Of a stretch of DNA of 46,913 nucleotides, positions 28,059 to 34,944 are shown piece after piece. This stretch comes from Deltaproteobacteria bacterium. GTDB lineage: Bacteria > Myxococcota_A > UBA9160 > SMWR01. The notes under the pieces are model-generated. The model was not told where the DNA came from and ran no database searches. It saw only the letters and a program-made list of their open reading frames with translations. The translations under genes and the position numbers were made by a program. Position 1 is the first letter of the stretch; each line of letters begins with the position of its first letter. The DNA is taken from contig JAQBHB010000060.1 of NCBI GenBank assembly GCA_032128115.1, positions 1 through 46,913 of the forward strand, given 5' to 3'.

Positions 28059-29777
28059 TCATGAAGATCCAAGTGAGGCGTGGGGAGGAAAATCTTTTCC
28101 TAGAACTGGAAAATCGGGAAAACCTTTTCCCCGGGTCAAGCGCTCGCCCAGGGCCAGCAACTCCGGGCGTAGGTCGCGGTAGAAACGAAGGAGCCGGTCT
28201 TCGGCCGCCTGCAGGTCGTTGTCAGCGGGCCCGTCGACCGGGGTGCTGATCCGCACCACCACACCCTCACTTTCACGGCGCAGGGGGCTCGAATCGAGCG
28301 CGAGCAGGCTTCTCACCACCTCGGCCCCCAGACTGCCGCTTCCCACCTGCAGGTGATAGACCAGCTGGCGGCTGGTCGTCGAGTGCACGACGCGGGAGGA
28401 CGCCGCCCCGCGGCCGGAGTCGCCTGAATCGAGCCCGGAGCCCCCGTTCTCTTCCACGCTCCAGCCGCTGCCCGGATACAGGTTCTTGGGAGACAGGGGG
28501 CTGCGCAGGCGCTGCGAGCGGTCGCCCACCCCCACGAAGAGGTAGACCTGCTCGCGCCCCTGGCGGTAGGTGCGGCTCACCACCTGGCCGAAGCCGACCC
28601 GGCCCAGGAACATCCAGTCGACGGGTCGCGTGCGGGCGCGCCAGCCGGCCAGATCGTCGGGGATCTGGCGCGCGGCCAGCTCCGAGGTGGGCCAGGCCAG
28701 CTGCCACCGGGGCAGCCAAAGCGACAGCGCCGCGGCCGCTGCGGCCACCCCCACCACGGCCCGCAGCCGGCGCGCCGCCACGTCTGGGCGCGAGGGGCCC
28801 GTCAGCGGCGCGGCCCGGCTCCGGCCGCGCCCGCGCAGGGCCCGCGCCAACAAGCCATCCAGCAGATACAGCGCGATCAGGCCGGCCAACAGGATCGCGA
28901 TCCCCTGCAGGTTGTGGATGGCCACGATCTCCGAATGCGGATTCAGCACCAACGTGGCGGCGCGCAGCCCGTTGAGCCCGAAGGCCACTGCCGGCGCCGC
29001 CAGCAGGATCAGCAGGGCGTGGAGGCCGGTGCGGCGAAACAGGTCCACCAGCAGGATCGCGATCATGCAGAGGCTCTCGATCGAGCGCATCCCGCTGCAG
29101 CCCTCGATCACCGCGAAGTTCCCTTCCGCGCCCAGGATCTGATCGCCCAGTACGTAGGCGGGCACACCCAGCGCGTGGAGCAACCAGCCCGTGTAGCTCG
29201 CCGTGATGAGCTGCAGCGGGAACAGCACGTGGTTCAGCAGGGGAGAAGGAACGGGGATGGCCAGCAGCAGGAATGCCGCCGGGACGGCCAGCACGCGGAT
29301 GGCGCGAGGACCGCGCAGCAGCGCGGCGACCCCCAGCAGGTTGAGCGAGAGCGACAGGGCCAGCAGGTCCGGCGCCCCTGTGTAAGTGGACCACATCAGC
29401 ACGCAGATCCCGGCGGCCAGCAGGGCCGCAGCAGGCCCCGGGGAACCGGCCCCCAGGGGCAGCCGGAGCAGGCGCTCGCGCCGGCGATAGAGCAGCCACA
29501 AGCTCAGCCCCAGCACCACCCGGGGCGAGGTGTAGGAGGGCTCGAAGAAGAACTCCTCCACTTCCGCGGAGACGTGGATCGCGGGATCGAAGATCAGCAG
29601 CTCGCGGTAGGCCACCAGCACCAGGCCCAGGGCCAGACCGGGCAACGCCCAGGGGCGCCAGCGCTCGATCGCCCGCACGATCGCCGATTGCGAGGGGCTG
29701 CCGCCGCCCGCAACCCGATCCGGGGCCGCCTCCCGTTCCGATGCCGTCGGGGATTCCACCACGTCCTTTCGATGCAT
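28059..29777 (-). CDS. Exosortase (EpsH family) fused to C-terminal EpsI-like domain
   Basis: About 8 TM helices, LLLAIPVP, PLQL, catalytic-type residues in AVIEGCSGMRS (Cys), NGLR (Arg), IHNLQG (His). C-terminal periplasmic IPDDLAGW..RTY..VYLFVG resembles EpsI. Flanked by PEP-CTERM genes. Confidence 0.9.
   Translation of the reverse strand: MHRKDVVESPTASEREAAPDRVAGGGSPSQSAIVRAIERWRPWALPGLALGLVLVAYRELLIFDPAIHVSAEVEEFFFEPSYTSPRVVLGLSLWLLYRRRERLLRLPLGAGSPGPAAALLAAGICVLMWSTYTGAPDLLALSLSLNLLGVAALLRGPRAIRVLAVPAAFLLLAIPVPSPLLNHVLFPLQLITASYTGWLLHALGVPAYVLGDQILGAEGNFAVIEGCSGMRSIESLCMIAILLVDLFRRTGLHALLILLAAPAVAFGLNGLRAATLVLNPHSEIVAIHNLQGIAILLAGLIALYLLDGLLARALRGRGRSRAAPLTGPSRPDVAARRLRAVVGVAAAAAALSLWLPRWQLAWPTSELAARQIPDDLAGWRARTRPVDWMFLGRVGFGQVVSRTYRQGREQVYLFVGVGDRSQRLRSPLSPKNLYPGSGWSVEENGGSGLDSGDSGRGAASSRVVHSTTSRQLVYHLQVGSGSLGAEVVRSLLALDSSPLRRESEGVVVRISTPVDGPADNDLQAAEDRLLRFYRDLRPELLALGERLTRGKGFPDFPVLGKDFPPHASLGSS
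28086..28131. promoter_or_regulatory. Two palindromic putative enhancer (UAS) sites GGAAAA-N2-TTTTCC, 30 bp apart
   Basis: AGGAAAA-TC-TTTTCCT (28086-28101) and GGGAAAA-CC-TTTTCCC (28116-28131), upstream of the minus-strand sigma-54 site. Confidence 0.7.
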
Positions 29778-29863
29778 GAACTCGATGCATGAGCCGACCG
29801 ATCGAGCCCAGGTCGGGCGACCACCCGATACTCTAGTTCCGCGCGCGCGATCGGCCCGTTCGC

Positions 29864-29912
29864 CCTCCGAGCCCTCACCGGCCTCCGAGCCCTCACCCTC
29901 CGAGCCCTCACC
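29864..29912. repeat. Three copies of CCTCCGAGCCCTCACC upstream of the exosortase gene
   Basis: Copies start at 29864, 29882 and 29897. Confidence 0.85.
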
Positions 29913-30070
29913 GGCGGGGCGGCAGATTTTTCCCTTTTCCAGGCAGGGCGGCAGAATTTTTTTCGAGTCCCGAATTTTTTCGCGTCACTTCTCACCCGCC
30001 CCGGCCACTCACTTTCCGACAGACGGTTCCGCTCCCGCGGCGCCTCAAAACGCTTCCCCACGGGGAACAG

Positions 30071-30107
30071 GGAATGACTTTTCCGCGAATAACGGAAAAG
30101 GTTTTCT
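30071..30107. promoter_or_regulatory. Two imperfect GGAAAA-N2-TTTTCC putative enhancer sites
   Basis: GGAATG-AC-TTTTCC (30071-30084) and GGAAAA-GG-TTTTCT (30094-30107), upstream of the plus-strand sigma-54 site. Confidence 0.65.
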
Positions 30108-30164
30108 CTGTTGCCGCTGCCGTGCGTGGGCGCGTATTTCGAGCCAAACAAAAACTCCATTTGA

Positions 30165-30177
30165 AATCAGCCGGTTG
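30165..30177 (+). promoter_or_regulatory. Putative IHF binding site
   Basis: AATCAGCCGGTTG matches WATCAR-N4-TTR, is preceded by an A-tract, and lies between the UAS and the sigma-54 promoter. Confidence 0.6.
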
Positions 30178-30203
30178 GACGACCGCCCGAGATTTCTCTG
30201 TGT

Positions 30204-30219
30204 TGGCACCCCGGTTGCA
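30204..30219 (+). promoter_or_regulatory. Sigma-54 (-24/-12) promoter
   Basis: TGGCAC-CCCGG-TTGCA, matching consensus TGGCAC-N5-TTGCW, about 95 nt upstream of the ATG at 30313. Confidence 0.85.
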
Positions 30220-30312
30220 TAACCCCGGTGCGGAGTTGACGTGGGTGGGCTCGGGAACGGTTTAGCGTGCCGTCCCAGGCCTGCCGGCAAGCTGAACACA
30301 GAGGAGTTCGAT

Positions 30313-31143
30313 ATGCGCAAGCTGATTGGCTTTCTTGCCGCCGGGGCCTTCTTACTCGGTAGCGTTGGAGTGGCCCAAGCGAAGCTCACGGGCTTTCACG
30401 GGACGCTGACATTGAGTCTGGGATCGCTTCCCCCGATCACGTCCACCGGTGTGGTGGGTGTCGGTGGTGCGATTCTCAATAATTCGGCCGGAGGGGATCA
30501 CCTCTACACGATGAGGATCAACATCGGCGGGGTGATCTCTGAGTTGGCCATCGTTCCGCTCACGGACCCGGGCGTGGCCCCGCTGGTATCGCTTCAGGGC
30601 ACGGCCATCCTGGGCACCGGAACGCTCTTCAGCATCTCGGGCGGCGCTGCGTCGTCCAACCCCATCTCCGGCGTACTGCCGGTAGGGGGTCAGTTCCGGC
30701 TGTGCATCCTGTTCTCGGGCTGCAGCAGCTTCCTGCCGCTGCCCCTGAGCGTTGGCGGAACCCGCGGCGTTGGCATCGGCGGCCTGATCACGGTTGGAAC
30801 CTTCCAGCCGGGCATCAAGGTCTCGGTGTTCAACAACCCCTGGACCATCAAGACGGCCGTCGTCAGCAATATCCCGACCGTCAACGGCGGGTTCTCGACT
30901 TCGTCGGCCTTCGGATTCGCCCACGGACCCGCCTCGCTCACGTCGTCTACGGCGCAGGTGAGCGGCGTAGTCCAGCTCGTAACCCCGATCCTCGTCAACA
31001 CCACGTTCGCCGGGAGCGAAGTGCTCGCACTGATGGGCGTGTTGAGGATCCACTTCGTTCCGGAGCCCGGAACGGCCCTGCTCTTCGGAGCGGGCATTGT
31101 GGCCCTGGGAGTGGGTGGTGCGCGACGGCGCCTGAAGAAGTAG
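30313..31143 (+). CDS. PEP-CTERM protein, Gly-rich and hydrophobic
   Basis: SD GAGGAG; signal peptide ending VAQA; C-terminal HFVPEPGTALLFGAGIVALGVGGARRRLKK. Confidence 0.92.
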   Translation: MRKLIGFLAAGAFLLGSVGVAQAKLTGFHGTLTLSLGSLPPITSTGVVGVGGAILNNSAGGDHLYTMRINIGGVISELAIVPLTDPGVAPLVSLQGTAILGTGTLFSISGGAASSNPISGVLPVGGQFRLCILFSGCSSFLPLPLSVGGTRGVGIGGLITVGTFQPGIKVSVFNNPWTIKTAVVSNIPTVNGGFSTSSAFGFAHGPASLTSSTAQVSGVVQLVTPILVNTTFAGSEVLALMGVLRIHFVPEPGTALLFGAGIVALGVGGARRRLKK

Positions 31144-31163
31144 TCACTAGCTCAGCCTGAAAC

Positions 31164-31202
31164 GAGACGCGCTCGGCCTCACGGCCGGGCGCGTTCTCTT
31201 TT
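31164..31202 (+). terminator. Intrinsic terminator
   Basis: Stem ACGCGCTCGGCC-TCAC-GGCCGGGCGCGT followed by TCTCTTTT. Confidence 0.8.
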
Positions 31203-31363
31203 GGGGGCTCGCTCTCCTGGGGGCCCGCTCTTTTGAGGGCTCTAACTGGGGGCCCGACGCCCCGCGGAGCCGCACAGCCCTGTGCGTTCCCGACGCAGCT
31301 TTCCTGCGACTTTCCCGGTCTCGCGACCACTCCCCCCCGAGTTGCCTACTACCGGGGGTTCCG

Positions 31364-32134
31364 ATGGTGCCGTGGCGCGCAGATGCTGGGTTCGAGGATC
31401 AGACGGGGAAAGACAAGGCCGATTGGCGGGTCGGGTGGCGCCGGCGTTGGTGGCGGCGATTCCCGGCGCTGGCCCTGGCCTTCAGCCTGGGGGCTCCCGC
31501 GGCCGCCGGAGCGGCCACGGTGACCACCTACAACGACCGGTCCACCTGGGAGAGCGCCCTGCCCGCTGGCGTGATTTTCCTGGAAGACTTCAACGACTTC
31601 GATCTGGACTCCCCGTTCCGTTCCAGTCCGGTGGACGCGGGCGCGTTCTCCCTGGCCCAGGTGGGCGTCGACGCCTCCAGCAGCAGCTTCAATCTCGTGG
31701 ATGCCCCCGACGCCGGCGGCAACAATGCCTTCTTCGACTTCTTCAACCTGGACGGCACCTCCTACGCGCTCACACGCGTAGAAGCCGATCAGGGCATCGA
31801 CGTCGACGTCACGTTCGACAACCCGGTGCTCGCCTGGGGAGGCGACCTGGGTGCCATGGTGGGCAGTGAGAACCTCGATCTGGAACTCTTCTTCGACGGG
31901 GGCGGCAGCACCCTCGAGCAGCTGCTCCTGGGCGACTTCCTGGGCTTTATCAGCGACATGCCGGTGAACCAGGTCACCCTCCTGGCCCGTCAGTCCAACG
32001 GCGACATTGGCAACGGCATGAACTTCGGGCTCGACAACACCAAGGGCGTCCTGGTGCCCGAGCCCACGACCCTGCTGCTCGTGTCCGCCGGTCTCACGGG
32101 TCTCGCCAGCAGCAGGCGACGTCTGCGCCACTAG
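31364..32134 (+). CDS. PEP-CTERM protein with acidic beta-rich domain (start uncertain)
   Basis: Signal-like RRFPALALAFSLGAPAAAGA; C-terminal LVPEPTTLLLVSAGLTGLASSRRRLRH. Confidence 0.88.
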   Translation: MVPWRADAGFEDQTGKDKADWRVGWRRRWWRRFPALALAFSLGAPAAAGAATVTTYNDRSTWESALPAGVIFLEDFNDFDLDSPFRSSPVDAGAFSLAQVGVDASSSSFNLVDAPDAGGNNAFFDFFNLDGTSYALTRVEADQGIDVDVTFDNPVLAWGGDLGAMVGSENLDLELFFDGGGSTLEQLLLGDFLGFISDMPVNQVTLLARQSNGDIGNGMNFGLDNTKGVLVPEPTTLLLVSAGLTGLASSRRRLRH

Positions 32135-32215
32135 CGGCGCCGCGCCCGCTCAAATTTCGATCGCGATCGACCGATCTCTCTAGCGGGCCTCCCCTGAGGT
32201 CTGGATAGGGGTCGT

Positions 32216-32437
32216 GTGAGTCGATTGATCGGATTCGTCCTGATGATCCTGGCGATCTGGACCGGGCTCGAGATCTACAACCACGGCCTCGCGGGCGCCT
32301 TCGGTGGCGTGCTGGGCTCGGCCTTCGAGGCCCCCGCCAACCGTTCCACACCGGACCGCGCCCAGGATGCCTTCCAGCGCGCCTACAACACCTCCGAGAA
32401 GCGCGTCGATCGCGCGCTCGAACGGGATCCGGATTAG
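32216..32437 (+). CDS. Small hypothetical membrane protein
   Basis: 73 aa with N-terminal hydrophobic helix, SD-like AGGGG, host-like codon usage; fills the intergenic gap. Confidence 0.65.
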   Translation: MSRLIGFVLMILAIWTGLEIYNHGLAGAFGGVLGSAFEAPANRSTPDRAQDAFQRAYNTSEKRVDRALERDPD

Positions 32438-32489
32438 CCCCGGACTGCGGAATTCGATTCGCGCGGCGCCTCGGATACCATCGCGCTCC

Positions 32490-33446
32490 ATGGGGGGATG
32501 GGCGATCCGGGTAGTCTTTGCGCTTGCGCTCACGCTTCCGCTGGTCTGGACGGCGTGCGGCGAAGAAGGTCCGCCGGAAGAAGTCAGCGTCACGCGTGAT
32601 CTCCAGGAGATGGCGCAAGCGACGGGGCCCCAGCCCGGCACGGGCAAAGCCCGCGTGGGCTACGCGAACGGGCGGGTCAGCATCCACAGCAACGGAGCGC
32701 CGAGACTGCGCATCCTGCAACACGTGTCCCGCCTGGCGGGATTCGAGCTGGTGGCAACCGAGGCGCTGGCCGGCCCCCTGGTGTTGAAGATCGACAACGT
32801 GCCCCTGATGGAAGCTCTGCAGAAACTTCTCGCGGAGCTGCCCTACGGGTTGGCCTACGAGTTCGACCCGCGCACGGACGCGCTCTCATTGGTCCGTGTG
32901 CGCGTGGGCGTTCCCGACGCCGTTGTCGCGGCCGCGGCCGGCGGCGCCCCCGACGCGCCCGGCGATCCGGCGGCCGATCGCGAGCAACGACTGCGCAACC
33001 TGAAGGAGCGCAGCAGCGAGCGCTGGCGAGAACGCCGCCGGACCCAGGCGGAACGCGACCGCGTGCTCTCCGATCTGCAGGACGCGGAGATCGAACTCTA
33101 CGAGCAGCTCCTGGATCCCGATCCGGGGGTTCGCCGCACCGCGGCGTCGGACGTCTCGACACAGGGCGACGGCCTGTGGCGGGTGATCGGGGTGCTCGAG
33201 GAGGACCCGGATCCCGCCGTGCGCGCCACGGCCGCCGAGCGCCTGGGGGAAGACGGATCGTACGCAGCCGTTCGCTCCCTGATCGCCTCGCTAGCGGACC
33301 CGGACACCGCGGTGGTGCTGGAGGCGATCGCCGCGCTCGAGTACGCCGGGGACGAGTCGGTGGCGGTGGAGCTGCTGCACCTGCTGGATCACGAGGATCC
33401 GCGGGTGCGCGAGGCCGCGGACGAAGCCCTGGATTCCCTCGAATAG
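32490..33446 (+). CDS. Putative lipoprotein with secretin N0/STN-like domain and C-terminal HEAT repeats
   Basis: Signal ending WTAC; GRVSIHSNGAPRLRILQHVSRLAGF...IDNVPLMEALQKLL resembles N0/STN; repeats such as DPDPAVRATAAERLG. Confidence 0.75.
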   Translation: MGGWAIRVVFALALTLPLVWTACGEEGPPEEVSVTRDLQEMAQATGPQPGTGKARVGYANGRVSIHSNGAPRLRILQHVSRLAGFELVATEALAGPLVLKIDNVPLMEALQKLLAELPYGLAYEFDPRTDALSLVRVRVGVPDAVVAAAAGGAPDAPGDPAADREQRLRNLKERSSERWRERRRTQAERDRVLSDLQDAEIELYEQLLDPDPGVRRTAASDVSTQGDGLWRVIGVLEEDPDPAVRATAAERLGEDGSYAAVRSLIASLADPDTAVVLEAIAALEYAGDESVAVELLHLLDHEDPRVREAADEALDSLE

Positions 33447-34144
33447 CGATTTGCGCGCGACGTTGCGGCGGCCACGCGGTCGAGAACCGGATCCATCCAG
33501 CCAGTGGTGACGCAGTAGCTGCGGTCGAAGCCCCCCCGGTGGTGGACCGCGTGCCGCTCGGGCGACAGGATCAGCCCCCGCCGCTGCAACCAGGCCACCG
33601 GGCGCGACACGCGATCGGCGTGGGCCCACGCGTGGAGCTGGTTGGTGAAGGCCGCGGCGAGTCCGAACCAGAACAGGAACACATGGGCCCCGATCGAAAC
33701 CAGGCGGGTCGGATCCGGTTCGCCCCCCAGCAGCGCCAGCACCAGCGCCAGCAGGACCGCCACCGGAAGACAGCTGTTGCCGTGGAGTTCGAGCCAACCG
33801 TGGCCCGCGATCGCCGTCGGGTCGCGGTGGTGCTCGCGAAAGGGTTCGATCAACAGGCGCCCGATCCACGGCGTCTCGGGCCGAAAACAACGGTCGCAGA
33901 ACCAGTGGACGCAGCCCGTGGTCAGGTCGGCCGCGGCAATGCCCGCGACGGCGGCCACCGGAATGCACCACAGGGCGCCCGCGCGGGCGGCCCCGGTGAC
34001 TCCGTGCACGCCCAACCAGGCCAGCAGGGCGAGAGCGGCGGCGAGGGCGGCGAACTCGACGACGGCGACCCGCGCCGGCCGCGCCTGTGGTTGCGCCGGG
34101 CTCGGGGGGAAGGTCGCTCCTCGCATCGCCGGTTCAATCTTCAT
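33389..34144 (-). CDS. carF: CarF/TMEM189 (plasmanylethanolamine desaturase / FAD4-like) family lipid desaturase
   Basis: His boxes ADLTTGCVHW, FREHH, NQLHAWAH, LQRRGLILS..HAVHH, YCVTTGW. Only the C-terminal ~250 aa of the 1072-aa track ORF is real. Confidence 0.85.
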   Translation of the reverse strand: MKIEPAMRGATFPPSPAQPQARPARVAVVEFAALAAALALLAWLGVHGVTGAARAGALWCIPVAAVAGIAAADLTTGCVHWFCDRCFRPETPWIGRLLIEPFREHHRDPTAIAGHGWLELHGNSCLPVAVLLALVLALLGGEPDPTRLVSIGAHVFLFWFGLAAAFTNQLHAWAHADRVSRPVAWLQRRGLILSPERHAVHHRGGFDRSYCVTTGWMDPVLDRVAAATSRANRYSRESRASSAASRTRGSS

Positions 34145-34185
34145 GACTGCGCGCCCCGAGCGGGATTCTACCCGGAATCGGTCGC

Positions 34186-34740
34186 TCAGCGCGGCGGGAG
34201 ACAGCCGAGGGGATCCACGGCGTGGTCCGCAACCCGCACCTCGAAGTGCAGGTGGGGCCCCGAGGAGCGGCCGGTCGACCCGATCTCCGCGATCACCTGG
34301 CCCCGCTCCACGGGCAGTCCCGCGTAGACGTAGAGATCCTGGTTGTGGGCGTAGACGGTGGACACCCCGGCCGGGTGATCCACGATCACCACACGTCCGT
34401 AGTGGGCCTTGTGGCCGGAGAAGGCGACGGTGCCTGCGGCGGCGGCGCGAATGCCCGTTCCGTAGCGCCCGGCGATGTCGATGCCGCGATGGTCGCGGCC
34501 TTCGCGCTCCCCGAAATCCGATGTGACCCTTCCCTGCAGCGGCCATCGGAAGCCCAGACCCGCCGGAACGCCAGCGCAGGCGAGCGGGGCTTCGGATTCG
34601 TCTTCGGATGCGCCTTCCGATTCGAAAGTGGGCTCGGCGCCCGGCTCCGGCGCCACTGGGTGCACGCACGCCAGCGCCAGTGCCCCGACCGCCGCGCAAA
34701 AAACGGCCCCGAGGGCTTCGGCACAGCTGAGGGCCCGCAT
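34186..34740 (-). CDS. M23 family metallopeptidase, probable lipoprotein
   Basis: FRWPLQG, HRGID, YAHN, GRSSGPHLHFEVR, VDP; lipobox-like ALAC. Start trimmed to MRALSC. Confidence 0.9.
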   Translation of the reverse strand: MRALSCAEALGAVFCAAVGALALACVHPVAPEPGAEPTFESEGASEDESEAPLACAGVPAGLGFRWPLQGRVTSDFGEREGRDHRGIDIAGRYGTGIRAAAAGTVAFSGHKAHYGRVVIVDHPAGVSTVYAHNQDLYVYAGLPVERGQVIAEIGSTGRSSGPHLHFEVRVADHAVDPLGCLPPR

Positions 34741-34944
34741 CGGCCTGAAATCGGCAGGGCTCCGGTATGCCTTGAGGTCGCGCCCGCCCATCCAGATACA
34801 CCTCGCGTGTCCCCAGAACCTTCTGGGCAAATTCATGCGCGACACGGAAATCGCCTGGCCGCCGAGCTGTTGTTCCACGAGCTCGAGCCCGGGGTGCGCG
34901 GCGCGATCGCGTCGGAGTTGGCGGCGGCGAACGCTGCGCGCGCC

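Noticed and set aside
31204..31363. Sigma-54 promoter or enhancer for the third PEP-CTERM gene
   Set aside because: A TTGC is present at 31342-31345 but there is no GG at -24 and no full GGAAAA-N2-TTTTCC site.
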